Shown piece by piece: positions 1-12,900 of a stretch of 64,000 bases of DNA. This stretch comes from Tubiluchus corallicola (taxonomy: Eukaryota > Animalia > Priapulida). Below the pieces are notes generated by a model, which worked only from the letters and a program-made list of their open reading frames with translations, was not told the origin of the DNA and did no database searches. Location of the stretch: contig JAQGDQ010000198.1 of assembly GCA_030141605.1 (NCBI GenBank), positions 1 through 64,000 on the forward strand. Reading direction: 5' to 3'. Position numbers and translations under genes: made by a program. How positions within the stretch are numbered: the stretch's first letter is position 1; every line of letters begins with the position of its first letter.

Positions 1-699
1 TAACCCTAACCCTAAACTCATATTTTATAAATGTACTATTTTCCCCTATTTCTCCATTTGTGTCCAGTTTTCCTGAGCCATTTTTTCCTGTGCTGTTTTC
101 ACCGTGCCATTTTTATCTGTGCCATTCTTTAACGTGCACCATAATTTTCATGAGGTATAATAGTTCGGGATGTGAATCAACATTCTCCTTTCTAATGACA
201 TTTATGCTATGCTTACAAAACACGTACAATTATACATGTATCTGAAACAATGTAAATCAAATTATCGTCATTTTTATTCCGCTGTTCGAAATTTCTTGAA
301 CAGTAATAATTTGTGATAATTATATGACAATTTAAACAATCTGTATCAAACAGTAGGTTATCCATTTTGCCGGCCTTGCTTGGTGTGTTAGTCTATAAGA
401 TTAGTATAATCATTACCGTTATCAAATAAAAAATTGTCTTACTATAACATCTGTGTGAATGCATATATTTCCCATCTCACGTATATACAAACCTAAACAA
501 TATTTACTCATCCTTATTAGTTGACTTACAATTCTATACTCGTTTTTGTTAGTTTCTGTGTGCCTTGTGTTACTGACAGGAATGGCAGTGTACTGAAAAA
601 TAATACAGTACTAAATATTTAATGTTTAATGAGCTACTTTTTTATTAACCAATTTCAGCTATAATTTCAATTGTTGTTGTCGTTGCTGTTGCTGCTGCG

Positions 700-775
700 A
701 TTACTGTTAATGTTGTTATTATTTCCGTTGTCGTTATTATTACTATTATTATTATTATTATTACTATTATTATTC
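700..775. repeat. Imperfect (TTA/TTG)n trinucleotide microsatellite
   Basis: ttattattactattattattatta run; explains the poly-Leu start of ORF 671-1054. Confidence 0.85.
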
Positions 776-920
776 CCATCTGATATAGAATATGTACGTA
801 CAATGTTGTTAACAGACAAACGAATATACAAAAATGTTCATAAAATTCAGCCTTCCAGAGAAAGACAGGCCGTTGACCATCAATGTGTAACTGATCATGA
901 AAACTTGTTTTCTTTTACAG

Positions 921-3900
921 TTGTTTTGATGTTTGTGAACTGCGTGAACGTGACATGGGCAACCCGAGTTCAAGACGTGTTCACCTTTGCCAAACTGTTG
1001 GCATTGGCTATGATCATCATCACTGGAATTGTACAGTTATGCAGAGGTCAGTGACCAAAATACGTCTAATTATTCTTCACAAGTACAATTAGCTAATTAC
1101 CACGTCTATTATTATAGTTCAGTTAAAACCATTTACAGAAATCTAATTGATACCAGTGTAACAAAAACGAGCTCGTGTCTGTTTTTTATATCACACACTG
1201 TATGGCTGCTCTGGTAGACAATTAACTGTACAATTTGGCGTTACAGTTCACAACTAATCTACTCTGAGTGCATTATTTTCTGGGTTAGTATTTAACCGCC
1301 AACATAACTACTGTAATGAGTCGAATGAAAATACACCCTTCCCAAGTGCTGGTTCTTTTTATTCGTATTTATTAAGTCCTGAGTCCGGTTTTTCTTTTCT
1401 TATTTATTAAAAGGTCACTATTGTAAAGCGATCAGCAATTAATTTCATGATCAGTGTTAAAGCTTTTTAGCTAACTAGATCTTTGAAGTTTACATACTCA
1501 TCTACAGACACTTCATTTTCACAACGTAGTCTTCACCCTAGTCTTCCTTGACCTTGGCCAGGGCGTTGGTCATTGACAGTGGTCTGTTAACTGAAAACCA
1601 CTTCTGCTAAAAGTTATTTTTTCTTCCTGTCTCACGCAAAACGCGTTTCCTGTTTTGTTGTCAGTCTGCATGTTTCAATTTGAAATGTTGCACTGCTTTG
1701 TTTAAAGTTTGAAACTGGGGCTAACGTACTAGAAGTACTGGCCGGTTCAAACTAACGCAATGAATTTCTATTTCCTGCACTTTCAAATGCCTTTCAAATC
1801 ATGAAGAGTTGCACCGCATGTACGTAAATTTTTTATTAAACTGTGTGATGCATAAAAAACTGTTTGTAATGCTCACATGGGAGATGACTTCAGTAAAGAA
1901 TCAAAAGAATCAGAATAGTGAAAAAGCCTAGCGTTTTAGTTCTGAATTTTGCGAAATACTTCAGTATTCTACTGAACTTGTGATGGTCACAGTTATGAGC
2001 GCAAAGGCTTTGGATAAGCTAATATTACCATGATTGCATCTTCTATAGTAGTGTCTTCCTGTTTTTTCCCATGGCCGGTGCTTTTATGTTGATTATCTGC
2101 CGGATCGAGGCGTTCTAGTATTCCAAGTTTTTGTATTGTACTTAGAAGAATGTAACTGGTGAACCCAGACAGTAGACATTTTACATATTTCACAGTTTAT
2201 TTCTATCAAGGGGAGGGTGCTTTTCTTCGTTCACCCTACATTCACGAAGAGCCTGGTCGTAGATTGTATACGGCGCGCATTCAGAATTTAGAGCACGGAG
2301 AATTAGTAAAGTATCATTCAGAATTTTAGAGCACGGAAAGAATTTTGGAATATGATACGTTTTGATAATTTTCTGTGCTCTAAAATTCTGAATGCACGCA
2401 TAGAACGAAACTGCTAGGTAGTTTCGGCATGTATATCCCAGTTTAATCAAGAAGTACAAGGAAGGGTTTCCTGTGAAGATGACTAGTTGATTGGGTGAAG
2501 TAATTTTATTTCCTTCTCAAGATTATCCCAGATTTGACAAGCCTGCTTTAACTGCCATTGATTATACTCACGCTAGACGAAGAAAATCTATTTTCGTCTA
2601 AAAAGACGATTGAAAGTGTCCTAGATTTGAAAGCGTGGGTGGCTCCCAGTGATGAAATCTTTGTGTAGGCTCAAAATTTGGAGCTATAAGTAGCGTTTAC
2701 CTGGAATCCCGAATGCGTATGAGTTATGTTGATTCAGAACAAATAAAATCCGTTTATATTGTTTTAAATGCACCCTTTTTGTGAGACCTACGTTATGTGT
2801 TTTTTCCTGCAATGTGTTTTCTATTTAATTTTTATATGCAGCTATTCCGCAAGTGGATAACGCATAACGCATTCCGGGTGCTAGGTAAACGCCACTTAAG
2901 TGACGTTTATTTAGTACCCGGAATGCGTATGCGTTATGAGGTCCTGATTCCGCGGAATAGATAAAGTGTGTTTATATTGTTTTCAATGCACTCGTTTATC
3001 TGACCTGCGTTATGCGTTGTTCTTTTTCTGCAGTTATTTCTAACGATTTTTTATTCCACAACTATACGGCAGGCGGATAACGCATATCGCATTCCGGATG
3101 CTACATAAAGTACAGAATGAGCGAATTCTTGTCACGTGACGTCACCTATCTTTTTCATGAAAAACTTTTCGTTTGCTAGTTTTTATTAAAAACTCATTCT
3201 CCTTTGTCAGTTAATGTAACTAATAAAACTGGTTAATAGTTCGTCACTCTTTGTTAAAGAGTTAAGAACGAGTCCGCGAGAGCACCAAGCAGAGGATGGC
3301 ACATGAGGGGTGACGAATTTATATCATTTTTTTCTAACATGAAGGGCGACCCCTCAAAACCATGTAACCAAGATATCAAATCGGTCGAGCTACTATTAGC
3401 AGAGAAATGACCACATCAGGAAATTGACTTCAAAAGAGGCAAAAAATCGCTATTTCCGGGGGTTATTTTAACTTTTTCTCCTGTATAAACTATTATAGAT
3501 GGGTCGATATAAGTTGGCTGGTACATAGACTCAGACATTGTCTTCTGATATCCTAACTTTTTCTGACATACTATTAATAGTATCAGAGAACGGGATTTTT
3601 CAAATTCGGCTCTTTGGGAGTTCGAGTCCAGGGAGAGGTTAAGTTGTAAGGCTCATAACTCGCCCACTGCGGGGCTACAGAACTTCTGGTTTTCATGTAT
3701 GTGTTAACCATCATCCTCACTAATAATATAAAAAAGAAAATTCGCTGGAGCCTGTTTCAGTATTTAGTACTGGCACTTTAAAATTTCTCAAAAATCAGCA
3801 AAATTCGCCTTTTTTGTAGTTTTTCAATATTTTTTCTATCTATATGCTGGATTATAAGTGACAAATTTGTATTCTAAATTTCATGAAAATGCACGAGCTG

Positions 3901-6900
3901 AGATAATATCATGAATGACATTATATAAAGGGGGCACTGTTAGAAAAAATTGCCATATCAACACACTTTTTTTGCTTTCCATAGTAATTCCGTCCATGTG
4001 TAAAAAGTAGACATACTTGGCTCAGGTCGTATATGACAGTAGACATTTAACCTGCATTTTCTGTGACTAGTGCTCTAATTTCCTAGTAGCAATAGATTTC
4101 TTTGCCATGGAAATTGCTAGAAATTTGCGAATTTCATCTTAAATTGGTTTAGTTATGTTGGAATTTTCATATGACTACAAATATAAATAATTGCCTCTGG
4201 ATTTCAGGACAGGACATCATGCATGCCCCTAGTACCGAGTCCGACCCTGATTCAGGGCATTCTCTACACACTGAATCACTAATGGATACCAGGAAAGACT
4301 AAACAATAAGCCCTCTAATAGAAAAGAAGTACCGATTGTTAAGATTGAGAGTCATTGCTAGCGAAAGAATCTGACAACACTTGGTGTATACATAAAAAAT
4401 AGAAATCCATTCATTTTTATACATCTGCTCATTTTTTATACTTTTTATATGAATAAGCTTCATGGCTATACATAGAAGATTATGAATATCAGTACAAAAA
4501 TGAAAAACTACAAAACTCAGTCAGAATTATTTTCTCTAAGTCCAAAATACTGTTCTTATTGTAGCAGCATAAACCTATCACTGAAGAGTAGTACAAGTAA
4601 TCAAAACCATAATATCTAAACAATAAAGAAAGAATTATCGATGCAGGTAGATTATCGCTAGAAGATAGATACAGAAATATAGACAAATATATCATGGGGA
4701 AAGTGATAAAGTGAAAATCTTACAGTCTAAACATGAGGCAATATAAGCATATGGGCCGCTTCTAGGGGGATGGCGGTGATATTTAGCTCAGAAAATTTTT
4801 CTTTGCCCAAAATTTATTTGTGGCACCAAATCGATACTTCTGACAAAAAATATTAATAGTGTGATTGAATGATTGCGCCAATGGGACAAAAATTTTCGAT
4901 GTTTTACAGTCAAAAAATCACCGGACAAACGATATCAAGTCTGTCCCATATTTTTTGGGCATTCGCTCAGATTTAGGGCAATTTTCTTTGTGTCCTGGCT
5001 TGTACGCCTATGTAAGACAAGGAGTAATAACTAGGTAATAACCTGTACATAACATTTACAAAGCATAGAAAATAAACAGTACATAAAACATTTTCCAGTC
5101 CTTGCAAGAAGCAATTTCCATTCCATAGATATTTTATTTTTTTAAGATTGGAAGCGCTCCAAATGCGGTCCAGTGTCTTTAGCACAGGCTAATAGATTCG
5201 CAATATTCGTTTCGTGCGGATAACTAGTCAGAATACCGCATTTAACACTGGTAAACATCCCAGAAAACGAACATTTTAGTTCAGCAGTGGCCGCCATCTT
5301 GAATGATGGAGTCCAATCCTGTCGGTAGTTTAACCAATGTGCTGGCCAGGCCCCTAGTTGCCAAAGATGAATATTTATGATGTTTTGAACTCTTTTGACA
5401 AGATTTGACAACTCATGTTTACCTACACGAAGCTTTTTGGTGAACGTTGTTACCTATATTTTCACCCTGATATATGCCTCTTTCAGGGGTCTTTTACAAT
5501 AGGGTGGAAATTCGCTCCATCGAAATTGTCACTGCAGCACATGCTCTATTCACATACATATCGATATTTTTGTCCCCGCCCCCGCAGTGGGTGAGATATA
5601 AGACTTTGAAATGACTGAGTATTTGCATCTTGTGCGTGATGCGAGCTTAAAGACCCCCAGTAGAGCCGAAAGAGGGGGGTTTGGGACAAAAGTCGAAAAG
5701 TCATTTTGGAGAAGATAACAAGATCCAATACTGTGCAGAGTCAGATCTATTCAAACTCAGTAGTTGCTGCATGACTAATCCTTCAAATATGAGTACAAAA
5801 TAGAGAAAAATTGGCATTTTTTCATGAAAATCGGCCTATGCCGTACCTCTGCTACTATGAGGAGTTGGGCTTAGCGGATTCACATAGTGAATACTAGTGA
5901 CTAGTGGACCTCATACCCGAACTTTGGAATCGGTTTACCTAACCTTGTGCCGGAATTTTTCGATTTTGCATGGTCTTCTCGCGGACGCGTTCTTAAACTT
6001 TCCTTGACGGTCTGTTGAAAGTTAGGACTGTCGTCTGTAAAACATTCAATGTTAGCAATCTCATCTGATCATTATTAATGTTATCACTAAAGTAGCTGAT
6101 GCCGCAGACTGAATTCTACGACAGCCAGCTGGCGTAAAGAGTTAAAAGATAGGGCACTAATTTTATCTCAACCTTGTAAACAAGTTGGTTAATTTTATCA
6201 TGGCTAACTCTGTACGACTGAGGAACGATTGCGGCACCATAGTGTTTTATACTAATCTATCGTTCTCATGTCTAATCTGAGTGTTTTAATCTGATTGCAA
6301 AATCGTGCATGACAAACGTACATGCAGACGGCAGATCCGTCTAACAATGAAAATGCTCTACAGCGCTTGGAGTTTTCAGCACTGGTTTATATTAGAACTC
6401 GTTAACCTGGGTTTTACCTCTAACACAGTTTAATTTTTTACGAAGTGAGAAACTATACACGGCAACTGAGTTTGTTGAATTGATTACATGGTTGAATAAA
6501 ATTGTAAGACTGTATTTTTTTCTATTAAGAGCCTCGAGCTATTGTATCTCTAGTAACATTTAATTTAATCATTTAATACGGTAATTGGTTGTGTAAATTG
6601 TTGCTCACATAGATTTACTCAGTTTAGTATACCTGCGGGCTGTGGCTAAAACTTCGGTTTTAATTGATGTTGTTAGTACTTTCCAGCCTCTCAGCGTTGA
6701 GTTGAGTGAACGTTCATTGATTTTGGCTCTTTGCCAGGTATGAACTCACGAACGTGTCACGCATTGCAGGTTGTTAATGAACGTCTTATTGGCTTCATTT
6801 AGGCTATAAATCTGGATAATTAATTCTGTACTTATGGCCTCTTGTGCGCTTGAGACGATAGAAATGTCAAAATTGCAATTTTTAGACAAACGGGACGAGA

Positions 6901-9900
6901 ACACAAGCCTCTCAATGTTGATAACATTTTATATGATGTCTATTATCTCTGTATTGTGGCTCTGGGTGTTTTAACTTCATATCAATAACCGTTTGATCGC
7001 TAAACACCGTAAAACTCAGTTTTCTTGCTGTCCCTAATGAGCACTCTGAACAACAAGTTGTTATTGGTTTGGTGATTGCTTTTGAAATATCGTCTCCGTT
7101 CTTGTTTTAACTATATCTTTTTGGTTCAGTTTAAGTTAGATTTCCAGTCGGTTCACAAAATTTTATGTGAGACTGTAATTAATCAAATTAAAAGTAAAGT
7201 TATTAAGTATCACTCAGTATTAGTAACTGTCAGCTGCTTCAAGTGACATTCTGCGATTAACCAATCAAATTACTGCTAAACAACGAAAACAAATTAGTTT
7301 TATACGTGCAAGTAATTTTTGCTTCACATGAATTTTATATTCTCAATGAGAGCCCTATATAGTCTACTCTTGTCAGATGCTGGTAGTTTATATAGCTACA
7401 CCACTGTTAAAGTGTTAGTGTTGCATTTTATTGTATTATTACACTAGCAGTGCCCTCGATTCCAGGAAAATGAACTGATAAAACCAGTTTTAACCAGCTT
7501 CTGCCGGTTCTGTGCCATTAGTCTGGGTCAGTATCATGGAACTGTGTCATTAAGGAAGCCAGAATTATTACTGCCATAAAAAGTTCTGGGTTAGTCTTGT
7601 ATGTAATTTTACGTAAAGTCATTAGACACTGTAATTACGAGATACTTATGACATTAACGATAGTCTGAATTTTATTGCGTTTCACGAAGAAGTCGTATCA
7701 ACAAAAATTTTATAGCGCTAAACGCCGCAAAACAAATTTTGTAGCTATATGTGTTAATAAATGCTGTTTCAGATTAAATAATTTCATACTGGTGACAATT
7801 GTTGTACTAAGAATGCAATTACAGCGTCCCAATCGTGGGCAGGTTGATGATTAGTTGTGTAAATTAAATTAGCATTATTGGTTGCGGAGAGCCGTGTCAC
7901 GTGACCACGAGCTGTCATTTTCAGAACTCTCTCAATCTCGCGGGTATTCTAGCTGTTCTTGTCTCCCTATTCATAGCAGTGATTGACCAAGCAACCGTAC
8001 GTAAGCCAAACATAATGCTCAAAACTTTCTGATTTGTCACTATCCGCTGATTTGTAAGTTTTATACAGTTTGTGCAGTTACATTCTTGCGAGCAAAATGC
8101 TTTTATTTACTTCAAAAAGTCAAAATGGTTCATACTAAATTTGAAACGTGTGATTCGTTCTGTTGCATGAGACGTTGATAAAAAACTTCTAGTAGCATTA
8201 GTGACCTGCTATGTCCCAAGAAGTCATGTAATTCAAATCACAGTCTACAAATAAGACGAAACTTTGAATCTTCATACACTGAAGAACTACAAACACACCG
8301 TATGTGTCCTGTGTAAATTTATCGATATTTATATTTATCGATAGTGCAAGCACCTCAGATGTGCTCCCTACTAGTGCAGTATATGGCATGCCATTATCTG
8401 CAACATGCAACAACAGGTATCATAGTAACACTTAGGAACCTAAATCGTATCGCAGTTAAATAATATTACTTGTACTAGTGAATAAATGTATAAAATAGCC
8501 TATTTGTCTTCGGTTACACTTCATCCTGTCCCTTTTCCCGCCTCTTTCAAATTGACTAGCGAACATCACGTGACTGACTGCCTAGCAATGATACGAATAC
8601 TCAAAGCCCGTCTTCTTTCTTTTTGATGTTTTTCCGGTAATAGCTTGTTTTACTCTATTTCAGCTTCTCCTTTTGGTTTTTGCTCCATTAAATTGTCATT
8701 TGCTGCTCATACACACAATCATTACTTATCACTAGGGCTTCTAAAGTTACTGTCAGTTTGAATCAGTTGGATAATTCATTGTGGAATTTGTGAATGACAT
8801 TTTATTTTTCTGCATGGTGTAATGACAAGACATAGTTCAGTGTTGTTAAAAGTGCATGGTGATTCGCCTCTATAAGTTTTACTTAAATCAAAGTGTGTAG
8901 ATCAATGTATTATAGTCGATTAGTTTTAAATGTTAGCTAGTAACTTGGCTGCGTGATTCTTAAACTTTTTTATTTAGCTCGTGCATTACTTATGTTAGGG
9001 ATTTTTATATTTTTCTTTCAGTTTACCTGTATAAGTTGAACAGAAATTGTGATTTTGCTGACACATTGATTGTGGCTGAAATCAAACAATTGTTGTCCAT
9101 TAACTAAGAGTGCATGCATCTTAATCCATTTTATGCCACATTGATGACTTATCAGCAACACAGCTTTTATGTCTGCTTTGTACAGTTGCCCATTGCCAAT
9201 TCACTATTCTATAATTGCATGAATGTGTATTCACCTTAACTGGTGATTTGCGTTTTGCGTTTTCATATTTCATGTCCCACTGTGTTTTAGGTCAAACACA
9301 GTATTTTGAGAATCCGTTTGAGGGCACACAAACGAACATAGCTCAAGCTGCACTGGGATTTTATTCTGGCTTGTTTGCTTATAATGGCTGGTAAGATCAC
9401 ATGTCATGGTAATAATGGCAATCCCTTTCTTGTTGTTACATGGACGATAGACTAGAATGTTAACACATTTCCTTCAGTTGTGTGTTCACACACGCTTCCT
9501 AAACAAAAACTGTCAAGCCACAAGAAATAATGCTTACCTTAGAAAAGTTGCACAGAATTACAATATTGGGTGTATTCCTGTTGTTTTCTTTCATTCTGAT
9601 CTTTATGCCCTGAAATTAGTCGTGCACAGGACAAGAACAGTAGTGATCCCAAGATTGTGCAATAGCTTGTGTCTTGTTTTATGAACAATATACAAGGGCA
9701 TTCCTTATCTTATTAAATTAACAAAAAGTGTTGCTGTTATCATTTTATTTAGCCGGACCACAGTTTTAAGAAAGTTCTCATTTTGTGATTTTTGGTCTGG
9801 TAAATCAGTAAATGCTTTGTTATTTCCCCACCCCTAGATCTTACTCTGGACCTCTTTTTTAGTCACCATAACACTGTTAAAGTGTACTTATTCTTATTTA

Positions 9901-12900
9901 GCTTTTTTGAAAACAAAATCCATGTATTAAACTAACAACATAGTAAAATATGAAAGACACTAGGAGGAAATAAGATATCTTCAGATGAACAATTTAAGCA
10001 ACTACCGATACATAGCTGTTGTGTGTTTAAACCTGCCAAATGTTTTATTGCATAATGTTAAGGAAAACAAAATTCTTTATTCAGATTAACTACGCTACCA
10101 TAATTGAAAAATTACATTAAATGCATCAATTTTGCCCAGTTTCCTTTATACCTGCGATTTTGTGTTCTTTTACATCTTTGGCTAGTATGGAGAAGTGTTA
10201 CTTAATTGTATTTGATGGTCTTTTATAACCAAGAGCAAAGTACTAAACGGTAAACCATAAAACTTGTTTTAGAATTGAGAAGCGGCCACAATGTTGAATG
10301 GGTTCAAATTCATTTAGCACCTGAAATTGGTGGTGTATTGATCCTCATTCTTTATAGCTTTTATTGTCTCCTTATAAAAACTATGCTTTGTAAAACTCTC
10401 CGAATAAGATAAACAGCACTCACAGCAGTTGTAATTAAGTTAAAAACTTGGCATTTTAGCATCTAAAATTTTAGATACTTCAGTATAAAATTTTACAAAG
10501 AATTCTCAGTTAGGCCTGCTAGGGCATAAATTACGTGCTTCATGAAATTTAAAACAGTAATACATTTTAAACAGTAAAACAGATTTTACTTATGTCATTA
10601 AAATGACGTTCTGTATGCCTGTCATTTAGAAGTATTTATGACTTTCTCTTTCTTTGAGTACTGCAGAATGAAATTAAAATTTGGTAATAGCAAAATTTAA
10701 ACACCAAAGTTAAATAAATATTTGTAACATTAAAACCCATAAACTACTGCTGCTACCATTTCATTGACTAACATCACCTTTCTGTTCAAATATAAACAAG
10801 AATAATGGTAGGCATTTCCTTCGTTATGCACAGATTTGTAAATGCACTTTCACTGCTTTGCTGCTTCTGTGTAGAAATGTTCTAGTTCACACTATTCAAG
10901 TTTATCGTCGTGGGCTTAACAACAGGAAAGCATTTTGCCATTATTTTTGGCATTATTCATGCAAATGTCATTTAAACTAAATGGATTATTTCAGGAGAAG
11001 TACACTATTTCAAGAGTCCGTGGGCAGACAGTGCAACCTCTATTACTTCGGTAGCACTAGCATTTTACTCCGGGCTATTCGCTTATAACGGATGGTAAAA
11101 AATCTACCGTTTATCGACTTGTCAATTGTGATGGCTTACTGTCTAACAAGCTATTTTTCCAATAACTTTGGTAGCTTACACTCGCATAGAACTAAAACAG
11201 TGCAATATATGTGTGCTTGCAGAGCAAAATGTCCAAAAGACCACAGTTAGGCTTTTCTGGCAGTTCGTATATACTGACTCTGCGTTTCATGAGGATCGTT
11301 TTGATACTAAGCTCATCGCTCTATGTTATTTCTAATGAGATCATGCACATTGAAGTTGAAGATAGGGTGCGAACTGAAAAACAATTTTCAGAAAACCACT
11401 GTTAAAATTTGCCATTGTTTTTGTCACGTTTCTATGAAAATGCTTAGCAAACGTACTAAAGTGAGGTTGCTGTGGACTGTGCAAGAACATATTGAAGTTT
11501 AGTTGAAATACAGTAGATTGCTCTTCTAGACAAAGATCTGGGCTGGGGAAACGGAAAAAGCACAAGCAAAATGACTTCTTCCACGAGTTGTTATCGTATT
11601 TTGAAAATACTAGTTTTTCACAATTGCAATGCTAGGCAGAGCAGGTAGGGTTATAAAATTAAAACTTTTTGGTATTTTTCAAACAATTTCCTGATGCTTT
11701 GATGCTAGAATATAAAACGTCCAATACATTTGGCATTTGTTTTAGAAAAAAACTGATATTTGACCCAATTTTTGATGCATTCGGCTTTGAAACATTATAA
11801 TGTAGTTTAACTATGCTGACTTACAGACTGTTTTGGTATGCAAGCACACATGTATCAAAGGCGAAGCATTGATATTGTAACTCGGTACTAATATAGTGGT
11901 AAACAGCTTTGCTAATTTACCACCTTTTCAGAAAAATGCAGGTCTGTAAAGCTAACATGGAATGACTAGTTGGTGAGTAGTTTAGCTTGTAGTTAGCTAG
12001 AAAAACTGAAATGATGAAAATATTGACCATCTAACCGGAAGACAACAAAACTACTAATATGATTGTGCATGCTTACGTAACACACATCCTCAGTTTTGCA
12101 GTAAGTTGTGCATTTGTAATATTCTATAATTCTAGGATATTGCTGTGTTTTCGGAAAAAAATGAATTCAATTTTTAACATTTTGTATGCTTAATTTGGTT
12201 GCCTTCCTGTGATATTCTCACTAGCCGTCTATATGTAAAACTATACTAAATTTAAAACAGTTATATTTCAAAATAATTCTTAATAACAAGAATAGTAATA
12301 ATGAATAAAAAATCCCAAAAATGGAAACAAAGAAAAAGAAAGGAAGCTTAAATGTTGTTATCTTTAACATTTACTGTTCGATTTCATTTGAGAAGGCTGT
12401 TATGGGCTTTTGTGTATGAATTTTTAAATTAAAATTGTTATTTCTTTTTAGGAATTATTTGAACTTTGTGATTGAAGAATTGCAAGATCCTGTAAAGTAA
12501 GTTGTGCTTCACTATGTTTGGCATAACATTTACTTGAGTAATCTATACTCAGATGTCCAATCTTGTACCAAATGAAACCGTGTACCAAAAGTGCCGCAAA
12601 AGGCGAGCCCAAATAGCATGACCAAAACCACAATTCCCACTATCGTGAATGTCATTTTTTATAACAGTGTAGCAGTTTCTCAGCACACTATATGCTCGTC
12701 AATTTTGTGCTGGATGTATTTGTACCATATTAGTTAAGCAGTAAATTTTGCTTACATGTATTGAAATTGAAAAGCCGAAAAGTTACCTAAAGTATTCTAC
12801 ATTTATTTCTTAGTGACTGTTTGGTAAGATAACTGTGCAGCCTGATAACAATGTTAATTGTTTTTAATGATTTTGCAGGAATTTGCCAAAAGCTGTAGGC

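Noticed and set aside
1-140. taaccctaaccctaa at the window start, resembling a telomere
   Set aside because: Only about 2.5 units, inside an SLC7 intron and followed by gtgccatttt subrepeats; more likely part of a dispersed repeat than a chromosome end
5993-6146. piggyBac-like MITE bounded by TTAA sites
   Set aside because: Terminal inverted similarity is too weak to support
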